A DNA stretch of 64,000 nt, from IMG/VR virus record IMGVR_UViG_3300031576_000024, positions 1-64,000 of that record. The stretch is one strand, 5' to 3'. Every line of letters starts with the position of its first letter. Position 1 is the first letter of the stretch. Below are positions 37,472 through 47,948 of this stretch, in pieces. The notes below the pieces were generated by a model. The model saw only the letters and a program-made list of their open reading frames with translations, searched no databases and had not been told where the DNA came from. A program made the translations under genes and the position numbers. This stretch comes from a virus.

Positions 37472-38211
37472 TGTTCACACCTGCCCACAAGGATGAGTTC
37501 ATAGCCAAGGCCAAGACCATGAAGAAGCGTTACCCTGAAGTAACTATTGTCTATGATCTAGAAGACGGTGTGCCCGCGACAGAGAAGAAGCGGGCCTTTG
37601 AGAACGTGAAGAAGCACGCCCGTACAAAGGATTGGGTTCGCATTGACGACAACATGACATATGAGTTATACGACCTACCTACCGTACAAGCCATAGTCAT
37701 TCCTAAAGTCACGCCTTACGTACTTGACCGTTACGTCGATATGGACGGTCGAAACAGCTTTGGCTGTGATAGAGTAATCGCTCTCATTGAAACTGCTGCT
37801 GGCGTTGACGCTGCTAGTTACATTGCCGAGAAGGCTGGCGGTGTCATATTTGGGCAATATGATTTCATATTATCAATGAATTCCGAACTACACACTGACT
37901 ACGCTAGATCACGGATCTTGAATGCATGCAAGGCTGCTGGCATTCCTGTGTATGACAGCCCTGACTACTCCCTGGACTTAAACACGATCATGCATAACGC
38001 TAGGCAGGCGTACTGCCTAGGCTTTGACGGCATGGCAGTTCTACATCCTGACCATATCAAGATCGTGAAGGAAAACTTTAGAGCGCCTTACAACCAGAGA
38101 GTATGGGCGAAGGGTATCTTGAAGAACGCTGGAGACGGACTGACTGTCTTCCAGAACACAATCATCGGCCCGCCCATAGTTAAGCGTGCCAAGCAAATAC
38201 TACAGAAATGA
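37459..38211 (+). CDS. CitE/HpcH-family CoA-ester lyase or aldolase
   Basis: DLEDGVP, WVRI, IPKV, LIETAAG, FGQYD, GFDG...HP; GGAGG RBS before ATG 37459. Confidence 0.85.
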   Translation: MQILMFTPAHKDEFIAKAKTMKKRYPEVTIVYDLEDGVPATEKKRAFENVKKHARTKDWVRIDDNMTYELYDLPTVQAIVIPKVTPYVLDRYVDMDGRNSFGCDRVIALIETAAGVDAASYIAEKAGGVIFGQYDFILSMNSELHTDYARSRILNACKAAGIPVYDSPDYSLDLNTIMHNARQAYCLGFDGMAVLHPDHIKIVKENFRAPYNQRVWAKGILKNAGDGLTVFQNTIIGPPIVKRAKQILQK

Positions 38212-38271
38212 GAGTGGTTGCTATCCTCATAGCAGTTATCTTGGTTCTCACTATTCCGTGAAAGGGCATTC

Positions 38272-39114
38272 ATGTATAATGTAGGCATCATAGGATTAGG
38301 CTTCGTAGGTGGTGCAACGTCACGCGCGTTCGCACAATACGCAAACGTTAGGGTTTACGACAAGTACAAGAACATCGGCACTATCAAAGAGGTAGCTGAG
38401 CAGGCTGTTGTGTTCGTATGCGTGCCTACGCCCATGCGCGCGGACGGCTCCTGTGACACCTCAATCGTTGAGAGCGTTGTAGCCGACCTTAGTACGTTCC
38501 CTAACGCTGATAGAGAAGTGGTAATCAAGTCTACCTGCCCGCCTGCATTCTTCTCTAAGCTACAGGCTACATATCCGCTTGCCGGGACTATCATCTTTAA
38601 CCCTGAGTTCCTAACAGAACGCACAGCGGACCTAGACTTCATTCAGAGTACGCGGTTCATCTTTGGAGTCGAGCTACCTAATGCTGCTGCAAAGTTTATC
38701 GTATTGAAGCTACATGAGGAGCGGTTCCCTGGCACACGTCTTGCAGTGATGCATTGGGAAGAAGCCGCTATGGTTAAGTACGGCTGCAACGTGTTCTTCA
38801 CAGTCAAGCTAAGCTTCTTCAATGAGTTAGCTCGTGTCTGTGAGAAGCTAAATGGTTTCACGAGTTTTCCCACTGTTATCAATGAAATCCTACAGGACGG
38901 GCGTATTGGGAGGTCACACTTTCAGGTACCCGGCCACGATGGCGATAAGGGATGGGGTGGAGTCTGCTTCCCTAAAGATAACAGAGCATTCTCTATATTT
39001 GCAAAAGAGTTGTGTGTGAACAGCCATATGGCAGATGCCGCTTGGCAAGTTAACCAAGAGGTACGATCAGATCGTAATTGGGAGAAGGAAAAGGGCAGAG
39101 CAGTAAGTGAATAG
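38272..39114 (+). CDS. UDP-glucose/GDP-mannose dehydrogenase (short form)
   Basis: GLGFVG, CVPTP, IKST, NPEFL, GWGGVCFPKD. Confidence 0.9.
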   Translation: MYNVGIIGLGFVGGATSRAFAQYANVRVYDKYKNIGTIKEVAEQAVVFVCVPTPMRADGSCDTSIVESVVADLSTFPNADREVVIKSTCPPAFFSKLQATYPLAGTIIFNPEFLTERTADLDFIQSTRFIFGVELPNAAAKFIVLKLHEERFPGTRLAVMHWEEAAMVKYGCNVFFTVKLSFFNELARVCEKLNGFTSFPTVINEILQDGRIGRSHFQVPGHDGDKGWGGVCFPKDNRAFSIFAKELCVNSHMADAAWQVNQEVRSDRNWEKEKGRAVSE

Positions 39115-39304
39115 TAAATACAAATGCTACAGATGTCGAAAGTACATTAAGCCTAAGCGTGTTCCACATGCTGTGACGTGCTTTGACAAGAATCTTCCTA
39201 GATTTATACCACAAAAAGGCAGAACATACTGTGAGAAATGCTGGCCTGTAATACTTAGAATTTGGAAACAAAATGAACAACGTAACACCCGTAGTATTAG
39301 TTAA
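39107..39304 (+). CDS. Small zinc-finger protein
   Basis: CYRC...CEKC. Confidence 0.5.
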   Translation: MNSKYKCYRCRKYIKPKRVPHAVTCFDKNLPRFIPQKGRTYCEKCWPVILRIWKQNEQRNTRSIS

Positions 39305-40004
39305 GAACGATGCCTTCTGGCTCCCATATGCGTTAGAGTCTATCTCCGGTCACTTTGAACATATGGTCATCTACGATGTGGGAAGTACTGACAATACAAG
39401 AGATGTTATAGATTGGTTTGTTTCCAAAGAATTATACACCCACTTCATAGTAAGAAAGCTTCCGCACTGTCCGCCTGAAGTACAGCTCTGTTTCCGCAAC
39501 TCAATGATTGCTGAAGCCGGAACAGGAACATATCTCATCCTTGACGGCGATGAAGTCTACAACAGAGAAGACCTAGAGAAGATTGACAAAATCGGCGATA
39601 TCTTACTAGAACATCATGGTGAAAACAGTCGTGTGCGCTACACAACGTTCCGTCGGGTAGAAGTGAGTCCCGACCTGTTGCAGCGCTATTCGGAAGAAAG
39701 AACCCATCACAGGCTATATCATCGGTCAGCGATATGGAACGGAACGCACCCGGGGGAAGTACCCTTCTTTGAGCAGAACAGTAAGTCCGAATTGGACTTT
39801 ACTTCAGATATGCGAGTTCTGCATTTGCACAATACGGTACGCTCGCCCAAAGAGGACGAAGCGTTAAGTCGTATTAAACGAAAAAGCCAGCGCTCCTATC
39901 ACCCAGGAACACTGGCTAAGTTTAACGTATTAGAGGAATTTCCTTTGCTTAAGCAAAGGTTGCCTTTTCCCGTATGCCCGGCCCTGGAGGCGTTATGGGG
40001 ATAG
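39273..40004 (+). CDS. GT2 glycosyltransferase
   Basis: VKND, YDVGSTDNT, ILDGDE. Confidence 0.85.
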   Translation: MNNVTPVVLVKNDAFWLPYALESISGHFEHMVIYDVGSTDNTRDVIDWFVSKELYTHFIVRKLPHCPPEVQLCFRNSMIAEAGTGTYLILDGDEVYNREDLEKIDKIGDILLEHHGENSRVRYTTFRRVEVSPDLLQRYSEERTHHRLYHRSAIWNGTHPGEVPFFEQNSKSELDFTSDMRVLHLHNTVRSPKEDEALSRIKRKSQRSYHPGTLAKFNVLEEFPLLKQRLPFPVCPALEALWG

Positions 40005-40159
40005 CGAAATGTGTATGTGGTAGGAACACTGACTTCGGAATACTCTGCGTATTCTGTAGTCGGGATAAGCTCCTAGACCGCTCTTACGATGACGAAGAGG
40101 CTACGCCTACTGAGAAGGATACTCCTGAGCTTTCTGAAGAAGAGGAAGAGAATCCTTAA
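39974..40159 (+). CDS. Small Cys-rich protein with acidic tail
   Basis: CVC...CVFC; GGAGG RBS before ATG about 39995. Confidence 0.45.
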   Translation: MPGPGGVMGIAKCVCGRNTDFGILCVFCSRDKLLDRSYDDEEATPTEKDTPELSEEEEENP

Positions 40160-40224
40160 ACTTACCTAAGCCTGTATTGCAATCTGCACAAAGTAACGTA
40201 CTTTATTGTACTCAGGAGTTGCCA

Positions 40225-40500
40225 TTATGCCGCCTTGCACTTTCTAGTTCGCGCTTCCAAAAGATCAGGATGAACGCTCAAAGTAAACTGTCTTACTTCA
40301 GCCCAGAACATCTTAGCAGCAGGTGACTTTGACGAGTTAAGTCTCTCACCGGCTACTTGATGCAGTGCCCCGGCTTCAGTGTAAACTTCTAGCGCGTCTA
40401 TACATGTCCACTTTTCCATGTACGACGGTAGCGGTTTGTTTGGGTCAGCAGGTGCCATCAAAACTAGTGACAGTAAGAATATAACTGCTAGTCGCTTCAT
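40225..40500 (-). CDS. Small secreted protein
   Basis: Signal peptide MKRLAVIFLLSLVLMA; last gene of the virion operon. Confidence 0.6.
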   Translation of the reverse strand: MKRLAVIFLLSLVLMAPADPNKPLPSYMEKWTCIDALEVYTEAGALHQVAGERLNSSKSPAAKMFWAEVRQFTLSVHPDLLEARTRKCKAA

Positions 40501-43500
40501 TAGAACAGCCCCGAAGATCCGAACCCTTCTGAGCCTAGGTCAAAGTCAAAATCCATATCGAATCCTATTGCGTCTCCGCTTTGGTGCTTGCTAAATTGAC
40601 GTGCAATGATTTCTCTGCGCAGTTCTTCAACGCGCTGATCGCTAAACTCGCCACGGTGCTTAATAGCAAACGCGGTAGCTTCCTTTAGACGAGCCTTTAG
40701 CTCTTCCTCACTGAACCTCTTGTACTGAGGGTTCCTACGAAGTTGAGGAATTAAGTCTTCAATGCTGGCAGAGAACTTTGCCTGTGCTTTGCGCGGATCA
40801 TCGTACTGTTGTGAGTAGGTGATGAAATAGTCCTGCATTAGACTCGCAAAGCTTTCCTCGTCACCGTTGATAGCAGCGTTCGTCATCTTACGCTTTATTG
40901 ACGAGCGGAACGTCTTTAGGTTATCGTCACGCATCTTGTCATTGAAAGCCTTTGTTCCAGGGTCAGCCTTCCAAGACTTACCAAGGCCGGCTACGCTAGT
41001 AAGAAGCACATCGTAAATAGGGTTCCCGCGCTCACCTGTCTTTGAGTTAACGCGCATACCAATGTCTTCTTCAAAGCGGCTTGTGTCAATCTGACTACCT
41101 AGAGCAAGACCGGCAGTAGCGCCTGCGGCTATACCAGGGATACCTAGCTTTCTGCCAGCGATAGCTCCTGCGGCACCCGATAGTGTCATAGTTGAAAGCT
41201 GATCCAAACCAAAGGCACCCTTAGTAGGAGAGCCTACTCTAAGCCCGTACTTCTGAATCCACGGAGGGGAGATCATACCGAATGTCTGTACCAGAGCCTT
41301 ACCCATGTAGTCCGACTTACTGTCAGCTACAATCTCCTGACCGTACTCGTCTTCACCCATTATTAGGCGTAGAAGAGGCATCATAACGGATAGCGGTTCA
41401 ACGGGGCTTACCTTCAGCAGTTCCTTTGCCATGTTTGAGCCAGGGTCCATGTGAACATCGTAGGTCTGAGGCAGGATGGCACTATGAGGTAGGAAGTCTA
41501 GAGTCCAGGCTCTTAGTGAGTCTTCACCCTTAGATCCAAAGTAACCCAGTCCTGCACCTGTTATAGCACCGACTGAAGAACCTACAGCGAAGCCAAGTGG
41601 CCCGGCCTTTAAGGCTCCAGCCATACCAACGGCAGCGGCACCTGTGAAAGCACCAGCCGCAACGCCTTGTCCTTCTGAGGTACCAATAACAGTCGTAGGC
41701 TTGTTTGCCCAGAACGGTGCAGATTCTTTAGCTTCGTTAATCTGCTCAGGTGATGTAGGAGCAAGTCCTAGTCCTGACATAACTGATTGATGCGTGCCCG
41801 CAGCTTGGAACCACATAGCAGAGGCTAGTGGTCTGTCTACCATGTTGTTACGCATGATACGGGTTACTTCAGCAGGGAACGTAGCCCAAGGAAACGCCCA
41901 TCTGCGAGCGCCCTGGATAGTCTTACCAACAGTCTTGTACTGAGGGAACTTACGCGATACCTGCATTACTGATTGCTCAATACTCAGGCCGCGCTTTCTA
42001 AACTGCATATACGTTGCCAGCTTAGGCGTCATATCTTCTGCTAGATAAGCAGCGGACATTCTCTTTAGAAGAGGTGTCTTGATTGTCTTCTCTAGTATCT
42101 TGTCTGTACCTTCAATCGCCTTAACGTACATCTTAGCAAGGCCAGCAGTGGCATTGTCAACGTAAGCAAGCTTACCAGCATTGTTCTTTTCAAGATGCTC
42201 ATAGAACTTGTGGATAGCTGAGAAACCTTCAGCGTTATCGAATGACTGATCTTCAATCATTTGACGTACACGCGGGTCCATGATCTCATCTACAAGGTCT
42301 AGCCTAGTTCCAGCGTTTGTAATGATTTCGGTATTAGCACCGGCCTTTCTGACGATTTCCAGTAACGAAGCACGGTCTGACATGATCGACGTAGCGTTAC
42401 CCTTCTTAGCGGCAATTTCCTTAGCCACGCCCCATACAAGGCTGTTGGCATTCTTCATGTCCGTAATGACAGAACCCTTGAACGGGTTAACTCCAGCCAT
42501 AGGCATGAAGTACAGAAGGTTACTTACTACGTTCTGGAAGTGCGACGGAAGGTTGAAAACTGTCTTTGCGGGCTTGTGCATCGCCGTTAGCATCGAGATA
42601 GCATTGGCAGCATTGTGCCCAGCATTCAGAGCACCACCATCAGGGTCGAAAAACTCGTCTATGACGTTCTGGTGAACGTAAGGCATGCGGTCAATTTCTT
42701 CCGCTGTCTTGCTAGTTGACTTGGCTACCATTCTCTTTAGGCGATCAGATACGCCCCTCCCAGGTAGATCATCAAGGCTGACCCATGCGGCTTTAGCCAT
42801 ACCACTTAGCTTGTCGTAGGACTCAGGGTTGATGGCGATTCTGTTTGTTGAAGAGTCGCCTGCCTTAAGAGCAATGTCACGCATGAACTTATAGCCTACG
42901 TGCAGTAACTCGTCCTTAACAATGCTTGTTCTGTGTACATCGTTGATGTTAGTGATAAGCTCACCATTGGAAGCAGCGTCGATAACCTCGTCTAGCGTCT
43001 TCTTACGCTCTGTTAGCGTAGGAGAGAAAAGCTTAGGGTAGGTACGAACCTTACCAGTGCCTTCAAGGATCTTGGCTCCACCTGTTACATCGGCTACGGT
43101 ACTAAGGTCTGTATTCTTGTAGATAGCCGCAACGTGGGCCTTACCTACGCGCGCTACTGTCTCAGGAGACATGAACCCTGATTCTACGGCTGCCTCTTGG
43201 TGTTGCCAATAGCGGTTACGTGTCCTCTCGAAATAGCGTTGCTTGGTTGGAGATAGCTTAGCAAAGTCAGCAACATCATGCCTATCATTAAGGAACTTGT
43301 AATAGAGAAGATTGTCAGCAGGCTCAAGATCATGGATGAATAGTTCGTCAAGTTTGGCGTTATCCCAAAAGTCATTCATGTTCCTAACATATGCCTTGTT
43401 AACCTTATTCCCAATGTTGAAATAAGAGTTGGCAAACTTCTTTTGCATCATGTACTGAGCTTGCTGCTTAAGAGATCCACCACCTGATTCTACAAGTTCT

Positions 43501-44291
43501 GCTAGTTCCTTCATGCGTCCGCGTTTATCTGACTCAAGAAGAATCTCTTGCAGACGCTTACGGCCACCCAACATTTCAAGGCGCTTACGGGGATCGGTTT
43601 CTGTCTTTACTACAGCAGCGAATTCGTCATCGAAATACTTAAGGGTCTGAGACTTGGCACCAAGGGCTACCGCATCTTCGTCCACTACGTTTAGTAGTTC
43701 GTCACCTAGAGCGCTCCAGTCATCTCCGTGCTTCAGAAGACTCTCAGGTAGAATACCTACTTTACGTGCAGCTCCAGCGACCATACCAAGCTCGGCACCA
43801 GGGGCAATCATCGTAGCTAATTTACCTACTTTGGCACTCTTTCTTAAAGCACCCACGAAAGGGAACGCAACTCCGGCTAGAGCTACAGAGGACATGATCG
43901 GGTGATCCGACCACATTTCTTCGGCCGTCTCAGCCTTCCACGTTAAGCCATCTTGATCCCATTTAACACCCATGATCGCCATTTCATCACCGAACAGGAA
44001 GTTAGCGGTGGAGCGAATAAATGCCGGTTCTTCAGCCGGGTCATTAGGGTCAGGGTTGTTCGCGCGGGTACGTAACGTGAGGGAATTAATATCACCCATC
44101 GGGTATTCGTCAACTTCCCTATCTTCTTCTTGCTCAATCGGAAAGGGATTCCACCTATCTGCGTCTTCAGCAATAGGGGCAGCAGCGCGCATAGCTTGGC
44201 TAGTAAATCTACCAGCACCACGCGGAGTCGGTTCAGTTGTTTCTTCAACAACCTCTTCCTCTGTATCTATATCTATAGGACCGAATGACAT
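40500..44291 (-). CDS. Large internal virion / DNA ejection-type protein
   Basis: 1263 aa, helical, Gly/Ala-rich hydrophobic segments; last of three large genes after the nozzle. Function inferred from synteny. Confidence 0.6.
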   Translation of the reverse strand: MSFGPIDIDTEEEVVEETTEPTPRGAGRFTSQAMRAAAPIAEDADRWNPFPIEQEEDREVDEYPMGDINSLTLRTRANNPDPNDPAEEPAFIRSTANFLFGDEMAIMGVKWDQDGLTWKAETAEEMWSDHPIMSSVALAGVAFPFVGALRKSAKVGKLATMIAPGAELGMVAGAARKVGILPESLLKHGDDWSALGDELLNVVDEDAVALGAKSQTLKYFDDEFAAVVKTETDPRKRLEMLGGRKRLQEILLESDKRGRMKELAELVESGGGSLKQQAQYMMQKKFANSYFNIGNKVNKAYVRNMNDFWDNAKLDELFIHDLEPADNLLYYKFLNDRHDVADFAKLSPTKQRYFERTRNRYWQHQEAAVESGFMSPETVARVGKAHVAAIYKNTDLSTVADVTGGAKILEGTGKVRTYPKLFSPTLTERKKTLDEVIDAASNGELITNINDVHRTSIVKDELLHVGYKFMRDIALKAGDSSTNRIAINPESYDKLSGMAKAAWVSLDDLPGRGVSDRLKRMVAKSTSKTAEEIDRMPYVHQNVIDEFFDPDGGALNAGHNAANAISMLTAMHKPAKTVFNLPSHFQNVVSNLLYFMPMAGVNPFKGSVITDMKNANSLVWGVAKEIAAKKGNATSIMSDRASLLEIVRKAGANTEIITNAGTRLDLVDEIMDPRVRQMIEDQSFDNAEGFSAIHKFYEHLEKNNAGKLAYVDNATAGLAKMYVKAIEGTDKILEKTIKTPLLKRMSAAYLAEDMTPKLATYMQFRKRGLSIEQSVMQVSRKFPQYKTVGKTIQGARRWAFPWATFPAEVTRIMRNNMVDRPLASAMWFQAAGTHQSVMSGLGLAPTSPEQINEAKESAPFWANKPTTVIGTSEGQGVAAGAFTGAAAVGMAGALKAGPLGFAVGSSVGAITGAGLGYFGSKGEDSLRAWTLDFLPHSAILPQTYDVHMDPGSNMAKELLKVSPVEPLSVMMPLLRLIMGEDEYGQEIVADSKSDYMGKALVQTFGMISPPWIQKYGLRVGSPTKGAFGLDQLSTMTLSGAAGAIAGRKLGIPGIAAGATAGLALGSQIDTSRFEEDIGMRVNSKTGERGNPIYDVLLTSVAGLGKSWKADPGTKAFNDKMRDDNLKTFRSSIKRKMTNAAINGDEESFASLMQDYFITYSQQYDDPRKAQAKFSASIEDLIPQLRRNPQYKRFSEEELKARLKEATAFAIKHRGEFSDQRVEELRREIIARQFSKHQSGDAIGFDMDFDFDLGSEGFGSSGLF

Positions 44292-44740
44292 GCTAGATAC
44301 TCAGCGGCATTTTGTACTATATCGAGATTATCTTGCAACATGCCGATTCCTGTATTACATTTTCTACAAAGTAAGCCGCGAACTTTTCCAGTTTCATGAC
44401 AGTGATCTATGCATATTGTTTTCATTTCTGTTTTACAAATTTTGCAACTACCATGTTGACTCTCTAACATTTGAGCATATTCATCTTTTGTAATTTGATA
44501 CTTGCTCTTTCTACGAATACCTTGTCTACTTACTCTATGAGTCCGCTCCCATTCTTGTCCGTACTCTGGATTCTTTGACTTCCAGTCACTATTTCTGGCT
44601 GCGTGTTGAGTTCTATTATTAGCGTAATATGAATTACGAGCTAACCTTCTGCATTGCTTGCAGACTCTAAATCCATCACGAGGAGTTACGTAAGTATTTT
44701 CTTCCGTAAACTCATGGTTTCGTTTACAATGAGTTATCAT
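44273..44740 (-). CDS. Endonuclease VII-family homing endonuclease
   Basis: THCKRNH, CKIC, IDHCHETGKVRGLLCRKCN. Confidence 0.85.
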   Translation of the reverse strand: MITHCKRNHEFTEENTYVTPRDGFRVCKQCRRLARNSYYANNRTQHAARNSDWKSKNPEYGQEWERTHRVSRQGIRRKSKYQITKDEYAQMLESQHGSCKICKTEMKTICIDHCHETGKVRGLLCRKCNTGIGMLQDNLDIVQNAAEYLACHSVL

Positions 44741-46761
44741 TAGAGGATTCCGGTCTTAAGTGTCTTATCCAGTGTACTCATGCGTTTTTGTTTCTCTTCT
44801 GGGCTAGCCATCCAGTACGGTACAGAGGCATCAATAGCCGGACCTAGAAGTGTCTTCCCTCCGCGTCTTGCTTGTTCCTTAGGTACAAGTATTCCCGGCG
44901 GTCTTTGTCCACCAAGAGGCACAAGTCCATAGCTAGGATCGTCAAGGTTAACCATACCTTCTTCAACTTCACTCATCATTAGTTTAATCATCTTCTTAGC
45001 GTTCTGAAGCGCCGGTCCAACACCGAAGTCAGGCGTGAAAGCAAAGGGAGCATCAGGGTCAGCAAGAAGCTTCTCAAAATTAGCGTAAACAGTCTTCATC
45101 TCAGCTAACTTTGAAAGATACTCTTGCTCAGGCAACCCTTGTCCGTAAATAGACTGGCGCTGTCTGAGATTATCCATTTGAGTATCAATGTCCTTCATAG
45201 CGCGCTTAGCATTGCTGATCTTAACAGCCCTAGGTGTCTTCGGATTAGCAGCAATGTACCCAAGCCAGTCAGTGTAATTTTCTAACTGCATGATTTCACG
45301 CTGTTGCGTATCTGGGTTTAGCGGAGAATCCTCAGGAATGTCTTGATCTCCAAACGGATCTTCCGGGTCGCCTGAGTAGTATTCAGACGGCTCTTCAGAA
45401 GGTACTTCTACCTCTGAAGTTACTTCCTCTTCAAACTCTTCAGGTAGTAGTTCCCGCACCATGGCTTCAGGACTCTCGAATAGTCTAATCTGTCTTGATA
45501 CGCCACTGGAAGGGTCAGGTAGTTCAACGCCCTTATTTCCCTTACCGACACCGAAGGAAGCTCCAAGTTGTCCAGTATTAATTAGATACTCCGTAGCATT
45601 CCTTACAGCATTCTTCATAATGCCTTCACGAACGTCAGGATTCAAGTTAAGAACCTCAGCACGGATAGCCTTTTGAAGCTTAGGATCTTCAATCTCAGCA
45701 AAGGTCTTGTAGCCCTTAGATATAGCTAAATCTTCCAATGCCTGTATCGTAGCCGGATCGGCACCTAAGGCTTTCTTTTCTTCTTCTTCCTTGAAGCTTG
45801 TTATGATAGCAGTACCGGGAGCACTGTATCTTAACCAGTCGCCGACGTTAGTTAGGTCGATTCCAGGCGGCACTGTGGCACGACCTGACTTCTTAGCCAA
45901 TTCAACTTGCTTTATTTGGTCAGCTATGTCGATCTGGTGCTTGTAGTATCTCTCCAAGTTATCGTTGTCGTCCAGGGCTTCAATATCAAAGCCATCTGCG
46001 GCGTTTAGTTCTCTACCGCGGGCGACCATAGCACGAGTCTTAGTCATCTCTTCTTCTTGATTGAAGAGTTCTGCATCTAACTTACCCATTTCAACTTGAC
46101 GCTTCTTGGGGAACAATTCCGCAGCTAACTTAGCCTTACGGTCACGTTCTTGCATTTCCATCATCTGATTCTGCTGATCCATCTGCTCACCCGCTATCTT
46201 AGCGGCTGTAAGCTGACCCTCGAACGAAGATTGAATATGATTCATTAGCTGCTTAGCTTTTTGCTCAACGAGAGGGTTATTAGGATATTCGCCAGCAGCA
46301 TCCATGAAGTCCATACTAATATGTTGTAGACCGCCTATCATATCAGAAGCAGCAGTGTTAAGATGTGTGTTTACTGCCATAAAGTCATCAGCCGGTATAA
46401 AACTGGTAGTGATCGGAGCACCATCAAGATCATACTCGGAATAATAACCTTTTCTAAGCTCTGCCGGATCTTGTCCCTCAACGCCTACCTCTGTGGTCAT
46501 CTTCGTGCGGTTCTTATAAGAACCCATGTTTTCGTTAATACGTCCCTGAGTTTCCTTACCAGTAGTGGCCTGGAAAGTATTAGCTTCTTGTCTCCACCAT
46601 TCTTGACGCAGATATTCCCCTACAGCTTTACCTGCTCCGGGTGAACCCATTTGAGACAAGCCTTCTTCAAGCAAGGCTGCGCCAACCGCGGACATGCCAC
46701 GCTTGGAATCTAAGTCTTCCTTAGTACGGTATTCTTGTTCTGCGCGATCTCTAAGTGCCAC
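44740..46761 (-). CDS. Putative internal virion / ejection protein
   Basis: 673-aa acidic helical protein; synteny. Confidence 0.5.
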   Translation of the reverse strand: MALRDRAEQEYRTKEDLDSKRGMSAVGAALLEEGLSQMGSPGAGKAVGEYLRQEWWRQEANTFQATTGKETQGRINENMGSYKNRTKMTTEVGVEGQDPAELRKGYYSEYDLDGAPITTSFIPADDFMAVNTHLNTAASDMIGGLQHISMDFMDAAGEYPNNPLVEQKAKQLMNHIQSSFEGQLTAAKIAGEQMDQQNQMMEMQERDRKAKLAAELFPKKRQVEMGKLDAELFNQEEEMTKTRAMVARGRELNAADGFDIEALDDNDNLERYYKHQIDIADQIKQVELAKKSGRATVPPGIDLTNVGDWLRYSAPGTAIITSFKEEEEKKALGADPATIQALEDLAISKGYKTFAEIEDPKLQKAIRAEVLNLNPDVREGIMKNAVRNATEYLINTGQLGASFGVGKGNKGVELPDPSSGVSRQIRLFESPEAMVRELLPEEFEEEVTSEVEVPSEEPSEYYSGDPEDPFGDQDIPEDSPLNPDTQQREIMQLENYTDWLGYIAANPKTPRAVKISNAKRAMKDIDTQMDNLRQRQSIYGQGLPEQEYLSKLAEMKTVYANFEKLLADPDAPFAFTPDFGVGPALQNAKKMIKLMMSEVEEGMVNLDDPSYGLVPLGGQRPPGILVPKEQARRGGKTLLGPAIDASVPYWMASPEEKQKRMSTLDKTLKTGIL

Positions 46762-47948
46762 TATGCGACTCCAGATACATCAAGGTAACTTTGTCCGCTC
46801 ATGGTGGCGTTCGCCGCGGGCGTCGCGCCAGAGTTTGCGTATGCTGTCATTATGCCTCCACCGATTGCCTTGATAGCCCCTGATACTAGATTGCCCATTG
46901 ATTCATCACGGCTAGCTTGTGCGGCAGCCAAATCTGCCAGAGTGTTAGAGTTGTCTCTAGCCATACCAGCGGTATTACCAGAAGCACCTACAACAGAGGG
47001 TAGAATCTGAGCACCGTAGAATTGCTGTGCGTTCTGCATCATGCCTGTGAAGTTATCACGAATACCATTTAGGTTCGATACCCAGCTTTGGTTGAAGGCA
47101 GTTTGCAATCTAGCATTGTCCTGAGTCCACTGTTTGATGGCAAGACTTGATGTCCATAGCGCCGTAGTACGGTCACGAAGGATCTCATTATTTGCCTGAA
47201 TCTTGTTAGCCACAGCAACCGCTCTATTTCTAGAAGTACCGCCACGAGCGGCGTCTCTAGCTAGAGACTCCTGTAGTTCGCGGGCAGCTACGGCTGACGA
47301 CTGTATAATAGGATTCGTTACAGACTGCTTTAGCTTTTCCCACAGAGGGCCTTGTTGACGGGAAAGCTGATCGGCTTCCGCTGTCATACGGCTCATCATG
47401 CGGAACTGGCGAGACTGCGATACGTTCTTAATGTATGCGTCAGGATCAATAATCCACGCCTTACCTTCAGACGTGGTACGTTCAGGATCTACTTCGGCAC
47501 CGACAAGACCAAATGTCGTCTTGTAGTTACTAGCAGCCTTCAACTCTTCCTTAGTGTAGATTCCCTTGCCCTTACCAGGGAGAGCTTCTACAGGGAGCTT
47601 AAGAGGTTCACGTACCTGAACAAGATTGAACTGTCCAGTAGGTGCGCCTACGCCTGTACCGCCGCCAGCATTAACAAAGTCTTCATATGACTCTTCATAT
47701 GTACCGGGCGTGCCCAACAGGTCAAAGATACCTTGACGGGCACGTTCGGTTTGAACCATAGATTCCTTGCCAAGCTGATTCTCAAGATCAGACGTTCCAG
47801 TGGCAACCTCTTGATTGATAATGGCACGACTCTGCATCGCCTTGCTTGAACCGGGGACTCCACCGGCAGAACCGCCCTTGGCGGACATAGCAGCACCGCC
47901 TACGGCTGCTGCTGCGCCGATGCCTGCTACCGCTATGGATGTTGCCAC
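46761..47948 (-). CDS. Putative DNA pilot / ejection protein
   Basis: Gly/Ala-rich N-terminus (AGIGAAAAVGGAAMS), Gln/Ala-rich helices, Gly-rich C-terminus. Confidence 0.6.
   Translation of the reverse strand: MATSIAVAGIGAAAAVGGAAMSAKGGSAGGVPGSSKAMQSRAIINQEVATGTSDLENQLGKESMVQTERARQGIFDLLGTPGTYEESYEDFVNAGGGTGVGAPTGQFNLVQVREPLKLPVEALPGKGKGIYTKEELKAASNYKTTFGLVGAEVDPERTTSEGKAWIIDPDAYIKNVSQSRQFRMMSRMTAEADQLSRQQGPLWEKLKQSVTNPIIQSSAVAARELQESLARDAARGGTSRNRAVAVANKIQANNEILRDRTTALWTSSLAIKQWTQDNARLQTAFNQSWVSNLNGIRDNFTGMMQNAQQFYGAQILPSVVGASGNTAGMARDNSNTLADLAAAQASRDESMGNLVSGAIKAIGGGIMTAYANSGATPAANATMSGQSYLDVSGVA

Noticed and set aside
38208-38261. 17-aa hydrophobic micro-ORF (MRVVAILIAVILVLTIP)
   Set aside because: ATGA-coupled but too short to tell from a signal-peptide remnant or chance.
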